Shown here: positions 17,830 through 27,772 of the stretch, one piece after another | Numbering within the stretch: the stretch's first letter is position 1 | How the letters are laid out: each line of letters begins with the position of its first letter | DNA from: Acidimicrobiales bacterium | GTDB lineage: Bacteria; Actinomycetota; Acidimicrobiia; Acidimicrobiales; JAJPHE01 | NCBI GenBank assembly: GCA_035653595.1 | Contig: DASRBO010000190.1 | Span: 5,167-69,166, forward strand | Direction of reading: 5' to 3' | Length of the DNA: 64,000 nt | The notes under the pieces: model-generated | The model's input: only the letters and a program-made list of their open reading frames with translations | Database searches by the model: none | Told to the model about the DNA's origin: nothing | Translations under genes and position numbers: made by a program

Positions 17830-19223
17830 CCCTCGACGGGATGCCCGGGCGGGGTGGCCAGCTCGATTTCCTGCGGAGTAGGCCGGCGCCGGCGCCGGGC
17901 GGCCGGGGGCAGGAGCTCGGTGATGGCGGCCATGATCGTGGCGGTGTCGCGGTGCGGGTCCTCCAGGGCCAGGGTCACCGGTGCCCCGACGCGGATACGC
18001 ACCGTGGGCGGGTTGACCACCTGCTGGACCCGGGGGAGCCGGAGGCGGCGGGGCCACACCGCCTCGGTACCCCAAAGCCCCACCGGCACCACCGATGCCC
18101 CGGTCAGGGCGGCCAGCCGGGCCGCCCCGGTCTTTCCCGTGAGCACGGGCTCGAAGAAGGCCTTCCCCCGCGGGATGGTGCCCTGGGGCAGGATGGCGAC
18201 CAGCTCACCGGCTTCGATCGCCGAAGCCGCCTCCTGCAGCGGTTGGCTCGATCCGGTGCCCCGGTCGACCCGGATACCGCCCGCCGCCCGGGCCAGGGCG
18301 CCGACCACGGGGGCGTCGAAGACCTCCTTCTTGCCCAGGAACCGCAGCTTGCGACCGGCCTGGCCGAGGACCAGCACCCCCAGGGCCACGGGGTCGAAGT
18401 AGCTGCGGTGGTTGGACACGACGATGGCCGGGCCGTGTCGCGGGATGCGCTCCGCCCCGTCGATGTCGAAGCGGGCGAAAGGGATCAGGGCCGGCTGCGC
18501 CGTCAGCCGCACCAGATCCATGGGCTCGACGCCGAACAGCTTCGGTACTCCGGCCGGCACGTCGAGGTTGCGCACCGGCCAGCGGCGGATGGTGGCGGCA
18601 GCGAGCAGGCGGGGGTCGGGGTTGACCGCCACCGGGTGGCCGACCGCAGACAGCAGGGGCAGGTCGTAGAAGCTGTCGGAGTAGGCGTAGGAGTCCTTCA
18701 GGCTCACTCCGGCCGAGGCGGCCCACGCCCGCACCGCCGCCAGCTTGCCCCGGCCCCACACGAACTCCCCCGCCAGGGACCCGGTGTAGGCCCCGTCCCG
18801 CTCGGCGTAGCGGGTGGCGACCACGTCGTCGAAGCCCAGGCGCTCGGCCAGGGACGAGACCAGGTCGACCGGGGTGGTGGTGGCCAGGACGACCGGGCGG
18901 CCCAGGCTGCGGTGCCAGGCGATCAGGCCGCGGGCGTAGGGGGCGACCAGGGCGTCGAGCTTGGCCGCCGCCTCCTTGCCCGCCTGGCGCACGGCCTCGG
19001 CCGACCACCCCCGGGCGGCCAGGGCCGCCCCCCGGGCCAGGGCCATGGCCGGCAGCGTCTCCCCGATCAGGTCGTAGAGCCGGTACAGGGCCGATCCCAC
19101 TCCCCCGCCGCGGGCCGGCGCGATTCCGGCGGCCTCCAGTGCCTCGCCGATGAGGGGGCCGCTGGCTCCCCGCAGCACCGTCCGGTCCAGGTCGAAGAAG
19201 GCAGCGCCGGCCACGACGACCAA
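17826..19223 (-). CDS. Bifunctional HAD-IB hydrolase / 1-acyl-sn-glycerol-3-phosphate acyltransferase (Rv2483c-PlsC-like architecture)
   Basis: 465 aa. The N-terminal part has canonical HAD motifs: FFDLDRTVL, ...GRGK..., YSDSFYDLPLLSAVGHPVAVNP. The C-terminal part has acyltransferase blocks SNHRSYFD (HX4D) and ILPQGTIPRG. The start is TTG 19223 (alternative GTG 19214). Confidence 0.85.
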   Translation of the reverse strand: MVVVAGAAFFDLDRTVLRGASGPLIGEALEAAGIAPARGGGVGSALYRLYDLIGETLPAMALARGAALAARGWSAEAVRQAGKEAAAKLDALVAPYARGLIAWHRSLGRPVVLATTTPVDLVSSLAERLGFDDVVATRYAERDGAYTGSLAGEFVWGRGKLAAVRAWAASAGVSLKDSYAYSDSFYDLPLLSAVGHPVAVNPDPRLLAAATIRRWPVRNLDVPAGVPKLFGVEPMDLVRLTAQPALIPFARFDIDGAERIPRHGPAIVVSNHRSYFDPVALGVLVLGQAGRKLRFLGKKEVFDAPVVGALARAAGGIRVDRGTGSSQPLQEAASAIEAGELVAILPQGTIPRGKAFFEPVLTGKTGAARLAALTGASVVPVGLWGTEAVWPRRLRLPRVQQVVNPPTVRIRVGAPVTLALEDPHRDTATIMAAITELLPPAARRRRRPTPQEIELATPPGHPVEG

Positions 19224-19249
19224 CCTACCGCCGCCCGGCCCTATCTTCG

Positions 19250-20215
19250 ATGGCGATGGACATCAGGCAGCTGGCCGCCGTGACCGCGGTGGCCGACCAC
19301 GGCACCTTCTCGGCCGCGGCCGACGCCCTCGGCACGGTGCAGTCCAACGTGTCGGCCCACGTGGCCCGGCTGGAGCGGGAGCTCGGGGCGGTGCTGGTCG
19401 ACCGCTCCCGCGGTCAGCTGACCGAGGAGGGCCAGGTGGTGGTGGCCCGGGCCCGGCGGGTGATGGCCGAGCTGGAGGCGCTGGTGTCCGATGTGGCGGC
19501 GGTGCGCAACGTGGTGAGCGGGGCGGTGAGCCTGGGGATGATCGGCACCACCGCTCGCTGGCTGGCCCCGGTGCTGCTGGCCGAGTCGGCCCGTCGCCAT
19601 CCCGAGGTCCGGATCACCCTGGCCGAGGCCGGCTCGTCGGTGCTCGAGGCCGAGCTGGTGGACGGGCGCCTCGACATCGCCGTCACCAACCTGCCGGTGG
19701 TGGACCACGACCTCGCCGGCGAGCGGCTCTTCGACGAGGACCTGGTGCTGGTGCTGCCCCCGGAGAGCCCGCTGGCCTCCCATGGCAGCATCGATCTGAC
19801 CGAGCTCGAGGGGGTGCCTCTGCTCCTGCCCATGAGGGGCACCGCCTTCCGCGACGAGATCGACGACGCCGTAAGGCCGGCCGGGTTCTCCCTGACCCCC
19901 CGGGCCGAGCTCGACGGGGTCCGTCTCATCGCCTCGCTCACCTTCGACGGCCACGGCCCGGCGGTGCTGCCGGCCACGGCGGTGCCGGGGTTCCTGCGCT
20001 CCCAGTGGGCCAGCGTGCCGGTCCGGGGCCTTCCCCGGCGCCAGGTGGGCCTGGCCAGCCGCCGCCGGGGCCTCCTGCCCGCCCCCGCCCGGGCGCTGCG
20101 GGCCATCGTGGTCGAGGCGGTCCAGGCCGAGCTGGCCGCCGGCCGGCGACCGGGCATCCATCCGCCCGGCGAGACCGTCCCCCCGGCTGATCCGCCACCC
20201 GCCCGGGGGCGTTGA
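19250..20215 (+). CDS. LysR-family transcriptional regulator
   Basis: 321 aa. The N-terminal HTH reads IRQLAAVTAVADHGTFSAAADALGTVQSNVSAHVARLEREL. It is divergent from the HAD/PlsC-murT-gatD operon with a 26-bp gap. Confidence 0.9.
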   Translation: MAMDIRQLAAVTAVADHGTFSAAADALGTVQSNVSAHVARLERELGAVLVDRSRGQLTEEGQVVVARARRVMAELEALVSDVAAVRNVVSGAVSLGMIGTTARWLAPVLLAESARRHPEVRITLAEAGSSVLEAELVDGRLDIAVTNLPVVDHDLAGERLFDEDLVLVLPPESPLASHGSIDLTELEGVPLLLPMRGTAFRDEIDDAVRPAGFSLTPRAELDGVRLIASLTFDGHGPAVLPATAVPGFLRSQWASVPVRGLPRRQVGLASRRRGLLPAPARALRAIVVEAVQAELAAGRRPGIHPPGETVPPADPPPARGR

Positions 20216-20347
20216 CCGCCCACCGGGCCGCGGATCCGGATATTCCGGGCGAGCCGTAACAAGATTGTCTCTTTCCAACGGTCCCGCCGCGACCTATTCT
20301 TTCGGCCCGAACCGGCGGGCAGGCGGGGGTCGCACCGGGAGGTTGAC

Positions 20348-20560
20348 ATGCCCAGGGATGTCGAGGTCCGGAACCGCTTCGAGGGCAACTGGACCAGCGG
20401 CTATCAGGTCGAAGAGGTGGTGCCGCAAGGTGGCGGCGAATGGTTCCGGCTGCGCCGGCGCTCGGACGGCCGCGTCCTGCCGGTGCTCTTCCCCGCCGAC
20501 CAGGTGAGGGCGGCGGGGACCATCGGCGCCCGATTGGGCCCCGGCGGCCGCACCCGGTAG
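20348..20560 (+). CDS. Hypothetical small protein (70 aa)
   Basis: The ATG is preceded by GGGAGG at a 5-nt spacing. GC3 is high and the composition is not low-complexity (RNRFEGNWTSGYQVEEV...FRLRRRSDGRVLPVLFPADQV). No family recognised. Confidence 0.5.
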   Translation: MPRDVEVRNRFEGNWTSGYQVEEVVPQGGGEWFRLRRRSDGRVLPVLFPADQVRAAGTIGARLGPGGRTR

Positions 20561-20587
20561 GGCCCGAGCGGGCCCGCTCGACAGGGG

Positions 20588-20815
20588 TCAGGCGGCCGAG
20601 GCGCGACCCCCGGCCCGGGTGGCGTGGTGCACCTCGGCGGGGGTTGAGGTGCTGACCTCCTCGGCCAGGTCGGCCAGTTCCTTCTGCAGGGCGGCTATCT
20701 GAGCCTGGGTGGACTCGACGTCCTGGCTCCGTCCCTGCACCCTGGCCCGCTCACGCTGCTCGACCATCTCGATCAGCTGCAGCTCAAGCCCAACAGCGTG
20801 GTCCTCGATCGACAT
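20588..20815 (-). CDS. Hypothetical small coiled-coil protein (75 aa)
   Basis: ORF 20588-21073 trimmed to ATG 20815, which is preceded by GGAGG. The sequence is heptad-like: LELQLIEMVEQRERARV...QAQIAALQKELADLAEEV. Confidence 0.55.
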   Translation of the reverse strand: MSIEDHAVGLELQLIEMVEQRERARVQGRSQDVESTQAQIAALQKELADLAEEVSTSTPAEVHHATRAGGRASAA

Positions 20816-20909
20816 CGGCGAACCTCCTGCCGGGCTCGTTCCCCGTTGCGCCGGCGACCAACCGGCCCAGGCCCTGCCAGCGCCCCCACCAGGGGGAACG
20901 GTGAGAGGG

Positions 20910-22469
20910 TCAGTTGATCCGGCGCCGGCGGCCGGCCCAGAACGGCTCCCGCAGCTCCCGCTTGAGGATCTTGCCCGACGGGTTGCGGGGCAGCTCGGCG
21001 ACCAGGTCCACCGAGCGGGGGCACTTGTAGTGGGCCAGGCGGTCGCGGCAGTAGCTGATGATGTCGGCCGCATCCGCTTCGGCGCCCGGGCGGGGCACCA
21101 CCATGGCCTTGACCGCCTCCCCCCAACGCTCGTCGGGGACCCCGATCACCGCCACGTCGGCCACGTGGGGGTGGCCGGCCAGGACGTTCTCGACCTCGGC
21201 CGGGTAGATGTTCTCCCCCCCGCTCACGATCATGTCCTTGATGCGGTCGGTGAGGAACACGAAGCCGTCCTCGTCGAGGTAGCCGCCGTCGCCGGTGCGG
21301 AACCAGCCGTCGGTGGTGAAGACCTCGGCGTTGGCCTCGGGACGGTGCCAGTAGCCGACCATGTTCTGCTCCGAACGGGTCCACAGCTCGCCGATCTCCC
21401 CCGGCCGGCGGTCGGTGCCGGTTTCGGGATCGACCACCCGTAGCTCGACCCACGGATAGGGCCGGCCCGCCGAGCGCATGAGGTGCCGCCGCGGCCCGTC
21501 GGGGTCGTGATGGGCGGCGTCGAGCTGGGTGATGGCCCCGGTCGTCTCGGTCAGGCCGTAGACCTGGATCAGGTCGCACCCGAAGGTGCGTATGGCGTCG
21601 TTCAGGGCCTGGTCGGTGATCGGCGAGGCCCCGTAGTGGATCGAGCGCAGGGCGCTGAAGTCGCCGTCGGCGGCGCCGGGCAGGGCGCACAGCATCTGCA
21701 GCACGGCCGGAACGAGGAAGGCGTTGGTGACCCGTTCCGCCTGGATGGTGCGGAGCAGCTCGGCCGGCACCACCTCCCGCACCAGAACCGAGCGGGCGCC
21801 TCCGCTCATCCCCGCCAGCGCCCAGCCCGATCCCCCGATGTGGAACAGGGGCATGGCCACCAGGTTCACCGACTCCGGATCGAGGCCCCACTCCTCCCGC
21901 AGCTGCAGGAGCACGCCCAGGTTGTGGTTGCTGAGCATGGCCCCCTTGGGCAGGCCGGTGGTGCCCGAGGTGTAGAGCTGGATGACCACCTCCTCGGGGC
22001 TGAGCTCGGTCCCGGGGTCGGACTCCGACCCCTCCTCCACCCAGGAGGCGAAGTCCTGGTGGGTCCCGTCGGCGACCAGGGTCACGACCTCCTTGACCCC
22101 CTCCAGCCCGGCCTCGAAGGCCTCGAGCTGGCCGAGGAAGTCCGGTCCGACCACCAGCACCCTGGCCTCGGCATCGTTGACGATGAACTGCATCTCCTGG
22201 GGGGCGAGGCGCCAGTTGACCGGCACGCAGATGGCGCCGATCTTGCCTGCGCCGAAGAGCAGGTCGAAGAACTCGGGCCCGTTCTTGTCGATCATGGCCA
22301 CGTGGTCGCCGGCGGAGACCCCGGCTCCGAGCAGGCGCTGGGCCACCCGGCTGGAGCGCCGGTCCAGCTCCGACCAGGTGATGGTGGTCTCGCCGTAGGT
22401 GATCGCCGGCGCCTCCCCGATTTCGGCCCCGTTGTGCCTGACCACCCCGGCCAGTGTCCAGTCGCCCAT
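20910..22469 (-). CDS. Acyl-CoA synthetase / AMP-dependent ligase (FadD-like)
   Basis: 519 aa. AMP-binding motifs YTSGTTGLPKGAML, TGD, and GKILKRELRE at the C-terminus. SD GGAGG is upstream. Confidence 0.9.
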   Translation of the reverse strand: MGDWTLAGVVRHNGAEIGEAPAITYGETTITWSELDRRSSRVAQRLLGAGVSAGDHVAMIDKNGPEFFDLLFGAGKIGAICVPVNWRLAPQEMQFIVNDAEARVLVVGPDFLGQLEAFEAGLEGVKEVVTLVADGTHQDFASWVEEGSESDPGTELSPEEVVIQLYTSGTTGLPKGAMLSNHNLGVLLQLREEWGLDPESVNLVAMPLFHIGGSGWALAGMSGGARSVLVREVVPAELLRTIQAERVTNAFLVPAVLQMLCALPGAADGDFSALRSIHYGASPITDQALNDAIRTFGCDLIQVYGLTETTGAITQLDAAHHDPDGPRRHLMRSAGRPYPWVELRVVDPETGTDRRPGEIGELWTRSEQNMVGYWHRPEANAEVFTTDGWFRTGDGGYLDEDGFVFLTDRIKDMIVSGGENIYPAEVENVLAGHPHVADVAVIGVPDERWGEAVKAMVVPRPGAEADAADIISYCRDRLAHYKCPRSVDLVAELPRNPSGKILKRELREPFWAGRRRRIN

Positions 22470-22544
22470 CGCCTTCCCCTCCGTCCTCGCTCTCCGAACA
22501 TACCGCCGCCGCCTCGGGCAGGTCCTGGCGCCGGTGCCCGGTGG

Positions 22545-24137
22545 TCAGGCCGGGGCGAGCTCCGAGTCGTCCTCAGGAGCCGGGCGCGGCCGCGCCGCGA
22601 TGGTGAACAGGGCCACCAGCCCGGCGGCCAGCAGCATGGCGCCGGAGAGCATGAGGGCGACGTCGAGGCCCTTGGCAAAAGCGTTCTCGGCGGCGGCGGT
22701 GGCCTTGTTGATGACGTTCTGCAGGCTCGGGTTACCCGCCGTGTTCGGGGCGGTGACGTTGCCGGTGGTCAGGGCGTTGATGACGAGCGAGGCGATGCTG
22801 CCCAGGCCCTCGGACCTGAGCTGGTGAATGACGTTGGTGGTGAGCTGACCGTTGACGATCGTCCCGAGGATGGCCACGCCGAACACCGCTCCCAGCTCGC
22901 GGCTCGTGTTGGTCGTCGAGGCCGCCATGCCGGAGCGCCGGGCCGGCACCACCGCCAGGACCGAGCTGGTCACCGGCACGACCGCGATCCCGAAACCGAC
23001 CCCGGCCAGGGCGAGCGGCCCGGCCAGGCTTCCGAAGCCGGCCGAGGGGGAGATGACCCCGTCGGTCACCACGATGCCGGCGCCGGCCATGACGCATCCG
23101 ATCACCATCGGCAGCCGGGGCCCGGTGGCCGCCACCCACCGGCCGGCGAAGACCGAGGCCAGGATCATGCCGGCGCTCATGGGCAGGAAGTCGACGGCGA
23201 TCCCGTAGGGCGTGGTGCTGGTCAGCAGCAACAGGTACAGGGCGACGAAGAAGAAGATCGAGAAGGTGCCGAAGTAGGCGGCGAAGGAGACGAAGTTGGC
23301 CCCGGCGAAGGTCGGGTTGCGGAACAGCTCCAGTTGCAGCACCGGGTAGCGGGATCGCCGTTCCACCAGGAGGAAGCCGACCCCGGTCACCGCCGAGGCG
23401 GCGAACAGCCCGATGATGCCCGGGTTGGAGTAGCCGCTGTTCTCCCCCGATATCACGGCGAAGGTGACACAGACGAGGGCGGCGGAGCCGAGGAGGAAGC
23501 CGGGCACATCCAGCTGGCGCGCTCCGGGGTCGGAGTTCTCCGGAAGCACCAGCCCGGCCACGATGCCGGCCACCGCACCGAAGGCGAGGTTGAACCAGAA
23601 CACCAGCCGGAAGCTGGACAGCCCGACCAGGACCCCGCCGATCACCGGCCCCAGGGCGAGGGCGAGGCCGGACACGGCGGCCCAGACCCCGATCGCCCGG
23701 GCCCGCTCGGCCCGGTCGGGGTAGATGTGGCGGATCATGGACAGGGTCCCTGGCTCCGAGGCCGCCGCCCCGATGCCCATCACCACCCGGCCGGCGATCA
23801 GGACACCGGGGGTCGGGGCCACGGCGCCGATCACCGAGCCGGCGCAGAAGATACCGACCCCCGCCAGCATCACCTTCTTGCGCCCGAAGATGTCGCTCAG
23901 GGTGCCGGCGGTCAGCATCAGGCCGGCGAAGACCAGGGCGTAGCCGTTTACCACCCACTGCAGGGCCGTCACACCGGCATGGATGCGCGACTGCACATCG
24001 GCGAGGGTCACGCTGATGATCGTGTTGTCGAGGAAGGTCAGGAACAGCAGGGCGCACAGTGAGGCGAGGGCGGCGTCCCTACGGGCCCCGGTCAAGCCGG
24101 AGCCGACGTCGGCTCCGGCGCTGTCGCCCTGCGCCAT
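22545..24137 (-). CDS. MFS transporter, DHA2 (EmrB/QacA-like, 14-TMS) family
   Basis: 530 aa. Motifs LDNTIISVTLADV, QWVVNGYALVFAGLMLTAGTLSDIFGRKK (motif A) and many TM helices. Confidence 0.9.
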   Translation of the reverse strand: MAQGDSAGADVGSGLTGARRDAALASLCALLFLTFLDNTIISVTLADVQSRIHAGVTALQWVVNGYALVFAGLMLTAGTLSDIFGRKKVMLAGVGIFCAGSVIGAVAPTPGVLIAGRVVMGIGAAASEPGTLSMIRHIYPDRAERARAIGVWAAVSGLALALGPVIGGVLVGLSSFRLVFWFNLAFGAVAGIVAGLVLPENSDPGARQLDVPGFLLGSAALVCVTFAVISGENSGYSNPGIIGLFAASAVTGVGFLLVERRSRYPVLQLELFRNPTFAGANFVSFAAYFGTFSIFFFVALYLLLLTSTTPYGIAVDFLPMSAGMILASVFAGRWVAATGPRLPMVIGCVMAGAGIVVTDGVISPSAGFGSLAGPLALAGVGFGIAVVPVTSSVLAVVPARRSGMAASTTNTSRELGAVFGVAILGTIVNGQLTTNVIHQLRSEGLGSIASLVINALTTGNVTAPNTAGNPSLQNVINKATAAAENAFAKGLDVALMLSGAMLLAAGLVALFTIAARPRPAPEDDSELAPA

Positions 24138-24194
24138 GCCCCCAGTTTTACGGGGACGCCGTGTCGGGGCGCGGATCGGCGCCCGGCCGTGCCC

Positions 24195-25652
24195 TCAGGC
24201 GGCGGTGGCCGACACCCGTCGGGTCAGCTGGGCCATGGCGGTCAGGTCGGCCCGGTTGACGGCCCCGGTGAGAAGGGCGGCCACCGGGAAGCCGACCACG
24301 CCCAGGGCAATCTGGGCCAGGGGCGAGAAGAGGTAGCCCGGGGCCATCGCCGCCGCCGTCAGCAGTCCGGCCAGCAGGGTGCGGGAGAGCCGCCGCCACG
24401 GCCACTGCAGCCCCAGGTTCACCCTGACCGCCCGGGCCAACCAGGCCGCCGACACCAGCTCCCCGGCGCTGGTCGCCGCGGCCGCCCCGGTGTAGGACAA
24501 CGGCGGGATCAGGACCACGTCGAGCAGGACGTTGAGCACCAGCACCCCGATGGCGATGCGCAGGAGCTTGGTCTGGAGGTGGGCGTTGTACATCACCCCC
24601 GACAGCACCGTGCCCACCAGGATGAGGCCGGCGGCCGGGGCGAGGATGGCGAGGGTGACCCCGGCGCCCCGGTACTGGCGGAACGAGTGCAGGTGGGGCA
24701 CCAGCCGCCAAGCCGCCATGCTTCCCCCCACCGTCACCCAGACCCCGGGGAGGGTGATGAGGTGCACGACCGTGGCGTAGCGGCGGGCCAGGACCTCGCG
24801 CCCCGCCGACCAGCTGCGGGCGAAGATGGGGTTGAGGACGGTCATCAACAGCCCCGGGAAGACCCCGACGGTGTCGACGAAGCGGTAGCCGGCGCCGAAC
24901 TGTCCCACCGCCGCGCTCGACTGCAGCCGGGCGAGGATGAACACGCCGAGCCGGTAGTAGAGCCCGGTCACCACGGCGGCGGCCCCCAGGGGGGCGGCCA
25001 CCCGGACCAGTGACCACCACCGGGCCGGCCGGGGCGTCCAGTCGAAGCGCCCCAGGGCGAGGGCCCGGGCCGCCACGATCATCAGGGCGACCCCGTTGAC
25101 CCCCACATAGAGCCATACGAAGGAGATGGCCCCGGCGTGGGCGTGGGCCAGCACGCTCACCCCGGCCACCAGGCACACCGCCTCGGCCAGGTTCGCCAGG
25201 GCGACCCAGGCCAGGCGGAGCCTCACCTCCAGCACCACCTGCAGCGACTGGAGGGCGTAGATCAGGACCAGCACCGAGGCCGCCACCCCGGCGCGGACGG
25301 AGGCGGCCGGGTAGCCGATGAGGGGCAGGGCGACCAGCACGGCGAGGTAGCAGAGGCCGGCAGCGCTGGCCCTGACGTAGAGCAGGTTGGGCACCATCCA
25401 CCGCTCGCGGTGAGGGTCCTGGGCCACCTCGCGGGTGACGGTCGTCTTGAACCCGAAGTCGGCGAAGGGCTGGACCAGGTCGGGAACCGCCACCGCGAAC
25501 ACGTAGACACCGAAGCGGGCGGGGCCCAGATGGGCGGCGATGACGGCGAAGGCCGCCAGGTGCAGGCCGGTGGTGACCGCCTGGGCGACGGTCAGGTAGG
25601 AGACGTTGCGGGCCGCCGGGCCGCCGACCCGCCCGTCGAGAACGGCGGCCAC
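24195..25652 (-). CDS. Polysaccharide/oligosaccharide flippase (MOP superfamily, Wzx-like)
   Basis: ORF 24195-26030 trimmed to GTG 25652, because the region further upstream overlaps the esterase gene. The start is uncertain. There are about 12-14 TM helices with the typical LGPARFGVY and ...GQFGAGYRF... segments. Confidence 0.7.
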   Translation of the reverse strand: MAAVLDGRVGGPAARNVSYLTVAQAVTTGLHLAAFAVIAAHLGPARFGVYVFAVAVPDLVQPFADFGFKTTVTREVAQDPHRERWMVPNLLYVRASAAGLCYLAVLVALPLIGYPAASVRAGVAASVLVLIYALQSLQVVLEVRLRLAWVALANLAEAVCLVAGVSVLAHAHAGAISFVWLYVGVNGVALMIVAARALALGRFDWTPRPARWWSLVRVAAPLGAAAVVTGLYYRLGVFILARLQSSAAVGQFGAGYRFVDTVGVFPGLLMTVLNPIFARSWSAGREVLARRYATVVHLITLPGVWVTVGGSMAAWRLVPHLHSFRQYRGAGVTLAILAPAAGLILVGTVLSGVMYNAHLQTKLLRIAIGVLVLNVLLDVVLIPPLSYTGAAAATSAGELVSAAWLARAVRVNLGLQWPWRRLSRTLLAGLLTAAAMAPGYLFSPLAQIALGVVGFPVAALLTGAVNRADLTAMAQLTRRVSATAA

Positions 25653-25729
25653 CGAGGAGGCATCCGCCGACGGGCTCGGCGGCCGCTCGGTCGCCCGGAC
25701 GACCGAGCCGGAACCGGGGTCTTCCCCGG

Positions 25730-26665
25730 TCAGCCGCCCAACGCCGAGCGCAGGGCTACGGCGCACTCCTGAATGGCCTCGGCCCCCTGAGGCACCACGC
25801 CGGCCAGCTGGAGGAAGACGTGGGCCATCCCGTCGTAGCGGTGGACCTTGGCGGTGACCCCCGCCTCCTCGAGGCGGCGGCCATAGGCCTCCCCTTCGTC
25901 GCGCAGGGGATCGCACTCGGCCGTCAGGATCAGGGCCGGCGGCAGACCGCTCAGGTCGGGCGCCGACAGGGGCGACAGCCGGGGGTCGGAGGCGTCGGCC
26001 TGTCCGCCGGTGTAGTGCTGGAAGAACCACTCCATGGTCCGCCGGGTGAGGAACGGGCCCTCGGCGTTCTCCGTGATGGACGGGTGCTCGAGGCTGGCGT
26101 CGAGGGTCGGGTAGATGAGCAGCTGGAAGGCGATGTCCGGGCCGCCCTCGAGACGAGCCCGCTGGGAGGTGACCGCCACCAGGTTGCCGCCGGCGCTGTC
26201 GCCGGCGAGGGCCAGACGGGAGGTGTCCGATCCCAACTCCTCCCCGTTGGCGGCGACCCAGGAGGTGGCGGCCCAGGCGTCGTCCGCGGCGGACGGGAAG
26301 GGGTTCTCCGGAGCCAGCCGGTAGTCGACCGCCACGGTGACGGCCGGGGTCAGGGCGGCCAGGTGGCGGGCCAGTGGGTCGTGGCTGTCGAGGCTTCCGA
26401 TGACCCAGCCACCGCCGTGGAAGAACACGACCGTCGGGAACGGACCGTCACCCTGGGGCCGGTAGACGCGGATCGGGATCTCACCGGCCGGGCCCGGGAT
26501 GCTGCGGTCCACCACCGAGGCCAGCTCGGGGGCGGTGCCCCCGAAGGCGGCGATGGCGTCGTAGCCCTGCCGGGCCTCCTCGACGCTGAGCTGGGAGACA
26601 TCGCGGCCTTCACCCGACTGGCGGTTGGCGTTGGCGATGGCCTGCAGGACCGGATCAAGAGGCAT
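25730..26665 (-). CDS. Alpha/beta hydrolase, HSL-family carboxylesterase/lipase
   Basis: It has the HGGG oxyanion motif (FFHGGGWVIGS) and the nucleophile elbow GDSAGGN. ATG 26665 is preferred over TTG 26671. Confidence 0.85.
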   Translation of the reverse strand: MPLDPVLQAIANANRQSGEGRDVSQLSVEEARQGYDAIAAFGGTAPELASVVDRSIPGPAGEIPIRVYRPQGDGPFPTVVFFHGGGWVIGSLDSHDPLARHLAALTPAVTVAVDYRLAPENPFPSAADDAWAATSWVAANGEELGSDTSRLALAGDSAGGNLVAVTSQRARLEGGPDIAFQLLIYPTLDASLEHPSITENAEGPFLTRRTMEWFFQHYTGGQADASDPRLSPLSAPDLSGLPPALILTAECDPLRDEGEAYGRRLEEAGVTAKVHRYDGMAHVFLQLAGVVPQGAEAIQECAVALRSALGG

Positions 26666-26713
26666 CGTCAAAATCTACGACCGGGCCGCCGTCGCTGTCA
26701 GTCCGGCGGTGCC

Positions 26714-26737
26714 AGGCGGTTCGGCCCGGAACCGCCT
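26714..26737 (-). terminator. Possible stem-loop after the epoxide-hydrolase-like gene
   Basis: aggcggttc-ggcccg-gaaccgcct gives a 9-bp stem whose last pair includes the stop-codon T. There is no adjacent U-tract. Confidence 0.25.
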
Positions 26738-27702
26738 CAGAGCCCGGCCAGGAACTCGATGAGCAGCCGGTTGACCTCGTCGGCCCGCTCCTGCTGGACC
26801 CAGTGCCCGCATCCGGGCAGGACGTGGCTGGCCCGCAGGCCGGGCAAGGTGTCGGGGAACCGGGCGATGGCCCCGGCCCCCCACACCGTCGGCCCGTCCC
26901 GATCGCCTCCGATGAACAGGCTCGGACACGTGATGGGCCGCCCCCGGAAGGCGGCGAGGTCCTCCCAGTCGCGCTGCATGTTCCGGTAGCGGTTGAGGCC
27001 GCCGGTGAGCCCGGTGCGCTCGAACTCGGCCACGTAGTACTCGAGATCGTGGTCGGGCATCCACGTCGGCATCCGCTCGGGTACGACCAGGCGCTCGCGC
27101 AGGGTCCCGCCCCGGCTGACCGTCGCCATGGTCCGCCCGGCCGCCGGGGGCGGGGCGTCGCCCGAGGCGGTGTAGTAGAAGCCGGTGACCCAGGAACGGA
27201 CGTCGGGCTCGATCTCCGCCTCGGCCCGCCCGGGCTCCTGGAAGTACTCGATGTAGAACTCGTCGTCACCGGCCAGGCGGCGGAAGCCCTCAAACGGCGG
27301 CATCGGCGCCGGTGGGGTGTACGGGACGCTGAGCAGCACCAGGGCCTTGAACAGATCGGGGCGCAGGAGGCACGAGCTGGAGGCGATCGGCGAGCCCCAG
27401 TCGTGACCGACGATCACCGCGCTGGTCTGGCCCAGCTCCTCGACCACGGCCACGTTGTCGGCCACGTGGCGCACCATCCGGTACTCCTCCAGCGCGGCCG
27501 GCTTGGACGACCGGCCGTAGCCGCGCACGTCGAGGGCGACCGCCCGGTAGCCGGCCGAGGCCAGGGCGTCGAGCTGGTGACGCCACGAGTACCAGGACTC
27601 CGGGAAGCCGTGCACCAGCAGCACCATGGGCCCCTCGCCGGCTTCGGCCACATGGATGCGGAGCCCGTCCCGGCGGATGACTCGGTGAGTGGTGGCGGTC
27701 AT
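26737..27702 (-). CDS. Alpha/beta hydrolase, epoxide-hydrolase-like
   Basis: 321 aa. Motifs LLVHGFPESWYSWRHQ and GHDWGS (nucleophile Asp) are typical of the EphA/soluble epoxide hydrolase fold. Confidence 0.85.
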   Translation of the reverse strand: MTATTHRVIRRDGLRIHVAEAGEGPMVLLVHGFPESWYSWRHQLDALASAGYRAVALDVRGYGRSSKPAALEEYRMVRHVADNVAVVEELGQTSAVIVGHDWGSPIASSSCLLRPDLFKALVLLSVPYTPPAPMPPFEGFRRLAGDDEFYIEYFQEPGRAEAEIEPDVRSWVTGFYYTASGDAPPPAAGRTMATVSRGGTLRERLVVPERMPTWMPDHDLEYYVAEFERTGLTGGLNRYRNMQRDWEDLAAFRGRPITCPSLFIGGDRDGPTVWGAGAIARFPDTLPGLRASHVLPGCGHWVQQERADEVNRLLIEFLAGL

Positions 27703-27772
27703 GGCCTGCAGTCTGGCCGGAGTGCCCGGCCCGATCCACCGGTCGCCCGCAACCCGCCCGTAACATCACCGC

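Noticed and set aside
21483-24062. 859-aa plus-strand ORF spanning the fadD-like and MFS genes
   Set aside because: It crosses two well-supported minus-strand genes and their intergenic gap. It is G/R/H/D/P-rich with no domain signature.
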